Below are positions 42,656-52,270 of a stretch of 64,000 bases of DNA, piece after piece (position 1 is the first letter of the stretch; each line of letters opens with the position of its first letter). Position numbers and translations under genes: made by a program. The notes below the pieces were generated by a model that saw only the letters and a program-made list of their open reading frames with translations, had not been told where the DNA came from and did no database searches. Location of the stretch: NCBI GenBank assembly GCA_022711335.1, contig JAKLFF010000001.1, forward strand, positions 40,260 to 104,259, written 5' to 3'. The DNA is from Patescibacteria group bacterium (lineage in GTDB: Bacteria; Patescibacteriota; Minisyncoccia; Moranbacterales; UBA2206).

Positions 42656-43923
42656 AAATTGCCATTCAAGCGGCGGATTTGGACAGCCAGCGGATTGATG
42701 GAACGCGGGTTTATATTTTGAATGTTCTAAAATACTTTGGAAAGCTCGATGAATCCAGTGATTTTTTGGTTTATCATAAAAAGAATTTCAATTCGGAACT
42801 CGAGCCGCCGGAATTTCCAAACTACAAAATAATTCAAAAAAATTCAGCTTGTATCTGGACGCAGACCAGATTTGCCTGGGAAATTTGGAAAGACAAGCCG
42901 GATGTCCTCTGGATGCCGATGCAGGCGCTTCCAATTATACGAAGGAAAAATCTTAAAACCGTGATAACTGTCCACGATCTGGCTTTCAAAATTTTTCCGA
43001 ATCAATTTACAAGAAATGATTTAAGGCGACTAAATTTTTATGCCGATTACGCTATAAAAAATTCTTCAAAAATAATCGCTGTTTCGGAGTCGACAAAAAA
43101 AGATATTTTAAAGTTTTATCCTGAAATAAAAGAAGATAAAATCAAAGTTATTTATCATGGGTTCGATGAAGGAGTTTTTGGTAAAAGATATGATAATAGT
43201 GAGATACTGGATATTTTGGAGAAATATAATATTATCAATAAAGTTCAAAGTTCAAAGTTCAAAGTTCAAAGCTACAGTTCAAAACTAAAAGTTACTTTTA
43301 AATACCTGCTATATGTCGGAGCTTTACAGCCAAGGAAAAATTTGATTTTATTGGTTAAGGCATTCGAAAGACTAAAAGAAAAATATTGTCATTCCGGCCA
43401 ACGAGCCGGAATCCAGTCTGGAAACAAAGATAATGCACTAGATTCCCGCTTTCGCGGGAATGACAAAAACGCCGGTGATTTTAGCAATTTGAAATTAGTT
43501 TTGGTTGGGAAACCAGCCTGGATGGCGGAAGAAATTTTAGAAAGAATAAAAAAATCAGAATTTGCAAACGATATAATTTTAGCCGGCCAAGTTGGCTTTG
43601 GTGATCTTGGTAAAATTTATCAAGGCGCCAGCGCTTTTGTGTTTCCCTCGCTTTATGAAGGCTTCGGGATTCCGATTTTGGAAGCTTTTGCGTCGGGAGT
43701 GTCGGTGATTTGCGCCAACAATTCTTCTCTTCCGGAAGTAGCCGGAGAAGCGGCGCTTTATTTCAAAAATAATAATCCTCAAGATTTAGCCATACAAATT
43801 GAAAAAATATTATTAAGCGAAGAATTTAAAAAAGACCTTGTTTCAAAAGGCCTCTTGCAGCTTCGAAAATTTTCTTGGGAAAAATGCGCCCGGGAAACTT
43901 TAAGTTATCTCAAATCAGGCTAA
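42652..43923 (+). CDS. Family-4 (GT-B) glycosyltransferase carrying a 7-bp tandem repeat and an in-frame MITE-like insertion in the interdomain region
   Basis: The C-terminal GT4 core is LLYVGALQPRKNL...FVFPSLYEGFGIPILEAFASGVSVICAN. Confidence 0.75.
   Translation: MKIAIQAADLDSQRIDGTRVYILNVLKYFGKLDESSDFLVYHKKNFNSELEPPEFPNYKIIQKNSACIWTQTRFAWEIWKDKPDVLWMPMQALPIIRRKNLKTVITVHDLAFKIFPNQFTRNDLRRLNFYADYAIKNSSKIIAVSESTKKDILKFYPEIKEDKIKVIYHGFDEGVFGKRYDNSEILDILEKYNIINKVQSSKFKVQSYSSKLKVTFKYLLYVGALQPRKNLILLVKAFERLKEKYCHSGQRAGIQSGNKDNALDSRFRGNDKNAGDFSNLKLVLVGKPAWMAEEILERIKKSEFANDIILAGQVGFGDLGKIYQGASAFVFPSLYEGFGIPILEAFASGVSVICANNSSLPEVAGEAALYFKNNNPQDLAIQIEKILLSEEFKKDLVSKGLLQLRKFSWEKCARETLSYLKSG
43241..43271 (+). 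repeat. Heptanucleotide tandem repeat (AAGTTCA)x4.4 inside the GT4 coding sequence
   Basis: aagttca aagttca aagttca aagttca aag. It translates as KVQSSKFKVQS. Confidence 0.85.
43387..43465. mobile_element. MITE-like double-hairpin element, copy 3, in-frame inside the GT4 gene
   Basis: tgtcattccggccaacgagccggaatccag, a spacer, then ctagattcccgctttcgcgggaatgaca. The encoded peptide is CHSGQRAGIQSGNKDNALDSRFRGNDK. Confidence 0.9.
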
Positions 43924-44321
43924 TTTTCTCCAAGCAGCAGTTTATAAATAAAATACCCGGTGGCTATTGCCAGAAAAGTTATAAAAATATTTAAAATCAG
44001 ATTTATTTTAATAAGGCTGACAAAAAGCAGCGCTATAAGAATAAAAATCAGCAAAATAGCTGTTTTTTTGTTTATTTTATTTTCAGCCAGTTTGATGCCC
44101 GCTTCGTTTCCAATATAAAAAACAGCCAGAATTGTGATTCCAACTGCGATTAGGATTTTTGAAAATCCGACATGGGATGTCACAGTTCCGGGCAATAATC
44201 CTTCGCCAATAAGCGCCAGCAAGAAGAAAATAATCTCAATAAACAGAAGATCATTGAGGAGTTTATATGAGATTATTAAATTGTTTTTGTTTATCTTGCT
44301 AAGCAGTTTGCTCGATTCCAT
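43920..44321 (-). CDS. Hypothetical small polytopic membrane protein
   Basis: 133 aa with about 4 TM helices. Confidence 0.45.
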   Translation of the reverse strand: MESSKLLSKINKNNLIISYKLLNDLLFIEIIFFLLALIGEGLLPGTVTSHVGFSKILIAVGITILAVFYIGNEAGIKLAENKINKKTAILLIFILIALLFVSLIKINLILNIFITFLAIATGYFIYKLLLGEN

Positions 44322-45456
44322 AATTAGCCATTATTTTATTAATCAAATCGCGGATAGTTGCTTTGAAATTATCCCAGCTTATTTGTTTTTTAAATGTTAC
44401 ATTAATCTTATCGATTTTTATTTCTTTGTTGGAATTTAATTGGAATTCATAATCTTTTCCGATCAAACCGGAAAACTTTTCAAGCGGAATTTCGCAGGAA
44501 TAAGTTCGGAGGCTCAAGATTTCTTTTTTAAGTCTGCAAGCCTCAATTGTTTCAAGGCTTTTTGCAGAAACGTCGACTGGGCCGGTTTTGCCTAAAGAAT
44601 TTAAAACTTCGCTGCTAGGAATAGAATTCTTCTTTCCATTTTCGACCAGATAGCTTTTTTTTGTGTCACTGGCGGTAAAAATCGTTCCATTGGGATGGGG
44701 ACTGCTGATTGTGAATAGCTTGTCTTTTTCATAAAAACTGATTTCATCGGCAGATGCGGGTATTACATTTTTCCAATTGTAGCCCATGGCGGAAAAAGTA
44801 ACCGTATTGTTTATCGGCAATATTTTTCCAGAGCTGACGACATAGGCGGAAATGCCGTAACTTAGAAGCGTTCCGTCGGCGTAGCCGATCATGTTTTCAT
44901 CAAGCGGATATTGGTTTAGGATTTTTGAATCTGCGATGGATGCTGCGCTTTCGTCATATCTGGAAGAGTAGGCGTTCTGGCTTATGAATTTTTGAAGCCT
45001 TCCATCGGTCAGCTTATAATAATCATCGTTTATCTTATAAATAACGGCATTTTCAACTTTAATCGGATCTCCTTCCGGATAGAAGAAAGACTGAAAAGAT
45101 TTTCTAGCCCTGATTTCCGAATCTTCAGGATTTTCAGAGGCTTTATCCATGGCCAACTCGATTTTTGCCTGTCCGTAATTTCCTGCAAGAGCTGCATCAA
45201 AGACAAGCTTATCGGCGGCGTCTATTTGCCCATGCTCCAAATAATTTCCTTCCGAATCTCTCGGGCTGATAACCGTATTTTTGAGCGAATTGGGAGTTGA
45301 AAAATTGTATGCAAAATAAGCGCTGGGAAATAGAATCAAGTAAGCGAAATAAATTGCTGATAGAAATGCAAGCAAATATAAAAACGCTTGTAGCTTCTTA
45401 TATGAGCCGTATTTTTTCTGGTCCATAAGAATCTGTCGAGTAAAATCTGGAAGCAT
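44299..45456 (-). CDS. Hypothetical protein with N-terminal TM anchor and large extracytoplasmic domain
   Basis: 385 aa with the TM AFLYLLAFLSAIYFAYLILF. No family motif was recognised. Confidence 0.5.
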   Translation of the reverse strand: MLPDFTRQILMDQKKYGSYKKLQAFLYLLAFLSAIYFAYLILFPSAYFAYNFSTPNSLKNTVISPRDSEGNYLEHGQIDAADKLVFDAALAGNYGQAKIELAMDKASENPEDSEIRARKSFQSFFYPEGDPIKVENAVIYKINDDYYKLTDGRLQKFISQNAYSSRYDESAASIADSKILNQYPLDENMIGYADGTLLSYGISAYVVSSGKILPINNTVTFSAMGYNWKNVIPASADEISFYEKDKLFTISSPHPNGTIFTASDTKKSYLVENGKKNSIPSSEVLNSLGKTGPVDVSAKSLETIEACRLKKEILSLRTYSCEIPLEKFSGLIGKDYEFQLNSNKEIKIDKINVTFKKQISWDNFKATIRDLINKIMANYGIEQTA

Positions 45457-45525
45457 GGAATTTCTATTTCTTGAACATTAAAAATTAGAATTTATTTAAA
45501 AATTACAAAATTAAAAATTATAAAA

Positions 45526-47352
45526 TTATCTCAGTTTGTATATTTTTCCGCTAACGGCTGCATCTTTTTCTATCGGCAGTTCAACTGGCGAAGAAATTAA
45601 CCCGCCATTTTTTTTAGCTTGAATATCCAGCCTTATAGTGCTGATTGAATAATCTTTGATTGGCGCGAGCTTTTCCATTAAACCAGATTTTTTGTACAAG
45701 CTCAAATTATTATTCGGGACAATGAAATAAATATGCTCGAATTTTTCCAAGCTTATCCTGCTGATATCATCCGGGTTGATAAAATAAACCGCTTGTTTTC
45801 CATATAAAAAACTCAACGGTCCGGTCATCATCGAAAATCCGTCTCCGGTGGCTTTTTGATCAACGAGAACCAGGTCTTTCTCGGAAAAATTTTTGCTTAT
45901 GGATCCAATTTTCTCAAGCATTCCGTTATTTTCCGAAGTTTTGATATGGAGCATGAACAAAGGCAAATTGGAAAGCAAAAGCAGGAAGGTTAGGAGATAG
46001 AAAGAACATTTTCTTTTTTTAAAAGATCTGTCTAAAAACATCACGGAATACAGAACGCATATGGGAAACACTGAAAAAACAAACCGGCGAAGCATCCAGG
46101 GATGGTCATCTGATATGCTGGGCTGGAACAAATAGAAAAAAGTCGGCAGCAGGACAAAAAAAGGGGCAATCTTCTTATATTCTTTTTTGCTTAAGAAATA
46201 AGCAAAACCGCAAATTCCCAAAAAAATGAAGCCAAGAAGATTATATAAGGCAAGTATTTTTGTGGTGTACCAAAATTCAAAAAATAGATTTGACGAACTG
46301 GCTATTCGGGCTCCCTGCCCCGAAACGGCATGAAAAAAAGCCTTTCCAATCGTTTTGTAATAATCTCCTCCTGAAAAAAATATATTCCACAGATAAAAGA
46401 ATAAAATAACCAAAAAAATCGCTGTAACCTTCTTGTTTTTTAGAAAGGAAAAACTAACTTTTTCATTTTTTCTGGACATTAGATATATGGCAATGGCCAG
46501 CACAGCCAGGAATCCGAGAGCTTCAGTTTTGACAAAAAGCAAGACCGAAAAAGATAGAAAAGCGGAAAACAAGGCGGTCTTTTCCCAGTTTTCAAGATAA
46601 AGAGCAAGCTGATAAAGGCCGAAAAATATAATTGGCAGAGCCAGATTTTCCGAAAGAGTAAATTTAAAAAACCAGGAAAATATGAAAGAAACAAAAAGCA
46701 GAAAGCAAGAGATGAGGGCGGGCATCTTGTTCAGATAAACTCGCGCCAAAAGATAGAAAAAGATTGAAAAAATAAAAAAAGCAGCGGCATTTGCAACAAT
46801 CAAGCCAGCAAGTCCGAAAAAAGAATAAAAAACAGCCAGCCAGGAAATGTATCCGACGGGAAAGCTGGTGACGAGGCTGCCTTTTTTTGTATAATTAAAT
46901 CCTGGAAAATCGAGCGCTTTTCCTGGTCCGTAAATTTTGAAAAATTCTTCCGATACTGGAGTGGAAAATTCCAGCTTATGATTTTGGGAAAGGCGAATGG
47001 CGGCTTCGCTATAAGAACCCTGATCGCGCCCGGAAAAAATTGTAGGAGTGGAAAAGGCGGAAAACAGCAGGATAAAACCGAAAGACGCGAGCGAAATAAC
47101 CCAAAAATGCCTTTCAATTTTTGAAAATAGTTTGTTTTTCAGGAAAAGGCGCGCCAGAAATACAATTCCAATCGTAATATACAAGAAGATTATTTCAACA
47201 TAAAATATGCCAAGTATTGCCAGGATAGACGAAACTAAAACCAGCCCCAGAAAAAAAAGTCCGGTAAAGTGAAAAAAAGCGCGGTTTTCAGAATTGGTGT
47301 CTGAATATTCCATAGTTAAATTATATCGTTTAATTCGTTCTTTGCCAAACAA
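45526..47352 (-). CDS. Polytopic membrane protein, probable GT-C-fold (ArnT/PMT-like) glycosyltransferase
   Basis: About 12 or more TM helices. The first-loop motif is SGRDQGSYSEAAIRL (D-x-x-x-Y-x-E-like). There is a C-terminal soluble domain. Confidence 0.5.
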   Translation of the reverse strand: MFGKERIKRYNLTMEYSDTNSENRAFFHFTGLFFLGLVLVSSILAILGIFYVEIIFLYITIGIVFLARLFLKNKLFSKIERHFWVISLASFGFILLFSAFSTPTIFSGRDQGSYSEAAIRLSQNHKLEFSTPVSEEFFKIYGPGKALDFPGFNYTKKGSLVTSFPVGYISWLAVFYSFFGLAGLIVANAAAFFIFSIFFYLLARVYLNKMPALISCFLLFVSFIFSWFFKFTLSENLALPIIFFGLYQLALYLENWEKTALFSAFLSFSVLLFVKTEALGFLAVLAIAIYLMSRKNEKVSFSFLKNKKVTAIFLVILFFYLWNIFFSGGDYYKTIGKAFFHAVSGQGARIASSSNLFFEFWYTTKILALYNLLGFIFLGICGFAYFLSKKEYKKIAPFFVLLPTFFYLFQPSISDDHPWMLRRFVFSVFPICVLYSVMFLDRSFKKRKCSFYLLTFLLLLSNLPLFMLHIKTSENNGMLEKIGSISKNFSEKDLVLVDQKATGDGFSMMTGPLSFLYGKQAVYFINPDDISRISLEKFEHIYFIVPNNNLSLYKKSGLMEKLAPIKDYSISTIRLDIQAKKNGGLISSPVELPIEKDAAVSGKIYKLR

Positions 47353-47376
47353 TGATTTATAAATTACAATTAAGCC

Positions 47377-48564
47377 ATGCGTATTTTAGTTGTGGCGCCA
47401 ACGCCTTTTTTTTCTGATCGGGGAACTCATATCAGAATTTTGGAAGAAGCGCTGGCGCTCGAAAAATTAGGCCACGATATCACTATCGCGACTTATCATA
47501 TTGGAAAAGATATCCGGCGGGAGCTTGATACTAAAATCGATGTAAGGCGAATTTTGAAGCTGCTTTTTTGGTATAAAAAAACAGAGGCCGGTCCGGACTG
47601 GCAGAAGATTATTCTTGATATGATGCTCATCCGAAAAACTTTTTTTCTTGCCCGGACAAAAAGACCTGATATAATTCACGGCCATCTCCATGAAGGCATA
47701 TTGATTGGATGGATTGTGCAGAAATTATTATTTTGGAGAAAAATAAAGCTGGTAGCTGATTTTCATGGAAGCCTTACAAAAGAAATGCTTTCCCACGGCT
47801 ATCTTAAGCGCGGGCTCAAGGGCGTATTTGGAATAGTAGAAAAAATTATCAACAAGCTAGGCGATTTCGCCATAACAAGTTCGTGGGAAATGAGCGAAGA
47901 AATCAAAAAATCGAGGCATGACGGAAAAATTGAAACAATTCTGGATGGGACAAATTTGGACAGTTTTAATCTTAAAAAAACCAAAGAAGAAGCCAGGGAA
48001 GAATATGAAATTCCGGCCCATAAATTTGTTGTCGGCTATACTGGAAGTTTGGTCAGCAACAAAGGGATAAATTATTTTTTGGAAAGCATCCCGGCGGTTT
48101 TAAAAGAAAACAGGAATGTCTTTTTTGTGATTGGCGGATTTCCGGCGGAACACGCGGAAAAATTTATAAAAGAAAATAATTTGTCAAAAAACGATGTCAG
48201 ATTGATAAGCCCGCTTGATTATTTTAAGCTTCCCGAGCTTTTGGCTTGTTGCGACGCGGTAGTGGATCCTAAAGATTCCAGTGTTGCCCAAGCCAGCGGA
48301 AAAATATTGAACTATATGGCGGCTGGACTTCCTATTGTATGTTTTGATAAAATAAACAACAGGAAGTATCTTGGCGAGGGAGGATACTATTGCAAAGAAG
48401 TCGGTTCCGAAGCGATTGCTCAAGGAATTTTTTATTTTTTTGAGAATGAAAACGAAAGGACAAAAAAGGGAGAACTGAATAAAAAAAATGCCAAAAATTT
48501 CAGCTGGGATATTCCAGCTCATAAAATAAATTTAATTTATAATAAAATCCGCCCTGTTAAATAA
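47377..48564 (+). CDS. Family-4 glycosyltransferase (GT-B)
   Basis: The N-terminus is MRILVVAPTPFFSDRGTHIRILEEALAL. The C-terminal region is ...GLPIVCFD... Confidence 0.75.
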   Translation: MRILVVAPTPFFSDRGTHIRILEEALALEKLGHDITIATYHIGKDIRRELDTKIDVRRILKLLFWYKKTEAGPDWQKIILDMMLIRKTFFLARTKRPDIIHGHLHEGILIGWIVQKLLFWRKIKLVADFHGSLTKEMLSHGYLKRGLKGVFGIVEKIINKLGDFAITSSWEMSEEIKKSRHDGKIETILDGTNLDSFNLKKTKEEAREEYEIPAHKFVVGYTGSLVSNKGINYFLESIPAVLKENRNVFFVIGGFPAEHAEKFIKENNLSKNDVRLISPLDYFKLPELLACCDAVVDPKDSSVAQASGKILNYMAAGLPIVCFDKINNRKYLGEGGYYCKEVGSEAIAQGIFYFFENENERTKKGELNKKNAKNFSWDIPAHKINLIYNKIRPVK

Positions 48565-48626
48565 TTTTTCTGAAGGAAAAATGATTTTGTTCCGCAAAGT
48601 TTATTTAACAAGGGCAAATCTAAAAA

Positions 48627-50042
48627 ATGATTTTTGAAAAAATAAAGCCCTATATAAACAAGAGAAATGCGATTATTACCCTGTGTTTAATCATCCTTAT
48701 CGGACTGATTTTTTTAGTTCCGCGATTTCTTAAAAACAATAAAACTACCTTGGGCATAAAGTCTCTTTCTCTGGCCAGCAAAGCTTCGAAACTGCTGCCA
48801 ATTTCTGATGATGAGAAAAAAGAATTGGAAGTTATGAATACATTGGTCCAAAAATTCACGCAGAAAGACGACAAGGAAAGGACTTTTATGATTTTTCTTC
48901 AAAACAACATGGAGCTTCGTCCGGGAGGAGGATTTCTCGGGCAGTATGCCATAATAAAAATCAAAAATGGCGAAGTCACCTCCAGTTTTTTTGAAGATGC
49001 CAATCTTCTTGATCAAAGAATCCACGCTGATGTGGCGCCACCCTATCCTTTCAAGAGGATGATGCAAATTAAAAAGTGGAAATTCCGCGATTCCAATTTT
49101 TCTCCTGATTTCCCGACTAATGTGGCAAAAGCCAAATATTTTTATAAACTGGCTGGAAAAAATGCGGATAATTTTGACGGTTTTATTGCAGTTAATGCCC
49201 AGGTATTCAATGACGTTTTGGCGCTTACCGGACCGGTTTCAGTTCCTGGATATTCCCATGAATTTAATAGCACTGATGGGGCGCTGAAGCTTGAAGAAGT
49301 TGTGGAAAAGCAATATATCATGAATCCGGAATTGGATACGCAAAACCGAAAAATGATTATGAAAAAAATGACGCCGATTGTCATTGAGAATCTTTTCAGT
49401 TTGGGAAATGTGACTAAAATAGCGGAATTGGTCCATAATGAATTCAAAAACAAAAATATCATGGTCAACTTTACGGATCCAGAGTTGGAATCTCTGGCGG
49501 ACAGTGTCTATTGGACAGGCAAAGTGGCGGTGGATTGGGGCGGAGACTATCTGATGATTTCAGATGCCAATATGGGATCTCTGAAAACAGACTATTATAT
49601 AAAAAGGGAAATAAATTATGAAGTGGACTTTACCGGGGAAAAACCGGTGGCTACGCTCAACATCAATGTGAAAAACACGGCGACTTATGGCGATTGGAGA
49701 ACCAGCGATTACCATGAGTATATGCGGGTTTATGTTCCGAAAGGCTCTAATTTTTTGGATCGCAAGATGGTCGGATATCCCAACATTGGAGAAGAATTCA
49801 AAAAAACCTATTTTGGGGTAATCCTTCATTCAGTTATGAAAACAGAAACTGATGGAATGATAAAGTATGAGCTTCCCGACAATATTAAGGCGGAAGATTA
49901 TCGCCTGCTTATTCAAAAGCAGTCCGGTGCCGGAGATATTCCGGTTCATGTCACGATAAAAACTAAAGATGGAGAATTTACCCAGGATCAGACACTTAAG
50001 GATGATTTAAAATTTGAGTTTATCAAGACATCGAATCAATAG
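48627..50042 (+). CDS. DUF4012-like domain protein with N-terminal TM anchor
   Basis: FLQNNMELRPGGGFLGQYAI resembles the DUF4012 signature LQNNAElRptGGFiGsY. Confidence 0.5.
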   Translation: MIFEKIKPYINKRNAIITLCLIILIGLIFLVPRFLKNNKTTLGIKSLSLASKASKLLPISDDEKKELEVMNTLVQKFTQKDDKERTFMIFLQNNMELRPGGGFLGQYAIIKIKNGEVTSSFFEDANLLDQRIHADVAPPYPFKRMMQIKKWKFRDSNFSPDFPTNVAKAKYFYKLAGKNADNFDGFIAVNAQVFNDVLALTGPVSVPGYSHEFNSTDGALKLEEVVEKQYIMNPELDTQNRKMIMKKMTPIVIENLFSLGNVTKIAELVHNEFKNKNIMVNFTDPELESLADSVYWTGKVAVDWGGDYLMISDANMGSLKTDYYIKREINYEVDFTGEKPVATLNINVKNTATYGDWRTSDYHEYMRVYVPKGSNFLDRKMVGYPNIGEEFKKTYFGVILHSVMKTETDGMIKYELPDNIKAEDYRLLIQKQSGAGDIPVHVTIKTKDGEFTQDQTLKDDLKFEFIKTSNQ

Positions 50043-50057
50043 AATCGCATAGTTGCC

Positions 50058-51323
50058 TTGTATTTAGCGATAATTAATAATGCTCTTGCTAAAATTTTGC
50101 GAAAAATTTTTTGGCGCATGGTTTCAAGAAGCAATAAAATGAAGCTGATACTTATCAAAATCGGCAAAGCATTCGCGACCATAAAGAGAGATGGTATTTT
50201 AGCAGGCGGAAGGCGGGTTATAGATTATCTGAAATTATTTTTGTATACTTTGGTTGGAGTTAAATCTGGCGATGTTTTAATCGTCACAGGAGGTGTTGGA
50301 GACAGCGCCTTTTATCGCGCCTACAATCAAGCTGAAGAACTCAATATCCATGGCATAAAAACTGCGGTTATGATTCAAGACAATCCTTTTTTGGCTGGTT
50401 ATGCCGATAAGTTTAGAATTTTTATTTTCCACAGAACTATTTGCACCCCGGCAGTTTCAAGGCTTGTGAAAAAAATAAAGAAGCAAAAGAAGGAAATTAT
50501 TTTTGAAACCGATGACTTGGTTTTTGATGCCAAATATATCCAGGCGACTGATCTTTATAAAAATAAGATGACTGTTTTCGAAAAAATGCAGTATAAAAGC
50601 GGGGTAGGCGAAGAAATTTTGAAAGACGATTATGTGAAAGTTTGCACGACTTCAACGACATATCTGGCCAAAATTCTGGAGAATTATGGAAAGAGGGCAT
50701 TTATTTCAAAAAACAAGCTTTCTAACCACGAGCTTGAAGTTTGTGAAAATATTTTGAAAAATATCCCGAAAGCCAGAGATGAATTCGTGAGGATAGGGTA
50801 TTTCAGCGGAACGCACAGCCATAATAAAGATTTTGCGACAATAGCGGATGCTTTGGTGGAAATTCTGGAAAAATATCCAAATGTTAAATTATATCTGGCG
50901 GGACCTTTGGATGTTGATAGCAAATTAAGTAAATATCAAAGCCGGATTATTACGATGCCTCTGGTTTCTCGCGATAAATATTATGAAAATATCCATAAAG
51001 TTGATATTAATCTTTATCCTCTGGTTCTTGGTGATAAATTCTGCGAGTCAAAGTCGGAAATCAGGTTTATTGAAACGGGAATTATAAAAGTGCCGACGGT
51101 AGCCGTAAAAAACAGGACTTATAGCGAAGCTATTTCCGACGGTGCAGATGGATTGTTGGCTGGAAATGAAGACGAGTGGGTGGAAAAAATTGGCAGACTT
51201 ATTGAAGATGAAAATTTAAGGCGCAAAATGGGGGAAAAAGCGCGGGAAAAAGTTCTTCGCGATTATACCAATCGCAATAGCCATAACGAAGAATACTATA
51301 AATATTTAAGAAGCAAATTATGA
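50058..51323 (+). CDS. Glycosyltransferase-like protein (GT-B C-terminal domain)
   Basis: RIGYFSGTHSHNKDF...LYLAGPLD...ETGIIKVPTVAV...LRRKMGEKAREKV follows the GT4-type C-terminal pattern. Confidence 0.5.
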   Translation: MYLAIINNALAKILRKIFWRMVSRSNKMKLILIKIGKAFATIKRDGILAGGRRVIDYLKLFLYTLVGVKSGDVLIVTGGVGDSAFYRAYNQAEELNIHGIKTAVMIQDNPFLAGYADKFRIFIFHRTICTPAVSRLVKKIKKQKKEIIFETDDLVFDAKYIQATDLYKNKMTVFEKMQYKSGVGEEILKDDYVKVCTTSTTYLAKILENYGKRAFISKNKLSNHELEVCENILKNIPKARDEFVRIGYFSGTHSHNKDFATIADALVEILEKYPNVKLYLAGPLDVDSKLSKYQSRIITMPLVSRDKYYENIHKVDINLYPLVLGDKFCESKSEIRFIETGIIKVPTVAVKNRTYSEAISDGADGLLAGNEDEWVEKIGRLIEDENLRRKMGEKAREKVLRDYTNRNSHNEEYYKYLRSKL

Positions 51324-52270
51324 AGATATTGATTACCGGCGGAGCGGGATTTATCGGTTCGGCAACTGCCAAAAAACTGATGGATCGGGGCGATAAAGTT
51401 ATCCTAGTAGATAACTTTAATGATTATTATGACCCGAAACTGAAATATGACCGGATTAAAAAGTTTTTGAAAGGTTATAAATTCACGCTGTATAAGGTCG
51501 ATATCCGCGATGAAAAGAAAATGGAAGCGATTTTCAAGCGTGAGCGTCCAGACAAAGTGATCCATTTGGCGGCGATGGCGGGAGTGCGGTATTCGCTCGA
51601 AAATCCAAAGCTATACGCGGATGTGAACATTATGGGAAGCCTGAATCTTCTGGAGCTGGCCCGAAAATATAAAATCAAGAATTTTGTATTCGCGTCCTCT
51701 TCGTCAGTTTATGGAAACAATAAAAAAACGCCTTTTTCAGAAAGCGATTCCGTAGATACTCCGATTTCTCCTTATGCCGCTTCCAAAAAAGCGGATGAGC
51801 TTCTGGCGCATGTCTGGAGCCATATTTATGGCCTCAAAATCACGGCTCTTCGCTTTTTTACGGTTTATGGTCCCTGGGGCCGGCCGGATATGGCACTGTT
51901 CCTTTTTACTGATGCGATTACGAAAGGAAAACCGATTAATGTTTTTAACCGCGGGAAAATGAGTCGAAACTTTACTTATATCGACGATATAGTTTCTGGA
52001 ATTATTACTGTTCTTGACGCTAATCTTCCTTATGGCATCATGAACATCGGCGGAGACAGGGAAGAAACGCTCATGCGCTATATTGAAGTTTTAGAGAAAA
52101 ATCTTGGAAAAATCGCTAAAAAAAATCTGTTGCCGATGCAGCTGGGAGATGTTCCGACAACTGTAGCTGACATTCGAAAGCTCAAAAAACTCGGCTGGAA
52201 ACCAACGACCAGAATTGACGAAGGAATAGGCAAATTTGTGGAGTGGTATAAAGAATATTATAAAAAATGA
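51320..52270 (+). CDS. NAD-dependent nucleotide-sugar epimerase (UDP-glucuronate/UDP-glucose 4-epimerase family)
   Basis: The Rossmann motif is MKILITGGAGFIGS. The catalytic YAASK is present, as is SSSSVYG. Confidence 0.85.
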   Translation: MKILITGGAGFIGSATAKKLMDRGDKVILVDNFNDYYDPKLKYDRIKKFLKGYKFTLYKVDIRDEKKMEAIFKRERPDKVIHLAAMAGVRYSLENPKLYADVNIMGSLNLLELARKYKIKNFVFASSSSVYGNNKKTPFSESDSVDTPISPYAASKKADELLAHVWSHIYGLKITALRFFTVYGPWGRPDMALFLFTDAITKGKPINVFNRGKMSRNFTYIDDIVSGIITVLDANLPYGIMNIGGDREETLMRYIEVLEKNLGKIAKKNLLPMQLGDVPTTVADIRKLKKLGWKPTTRIDEGIGKFVEWYKEYYKK

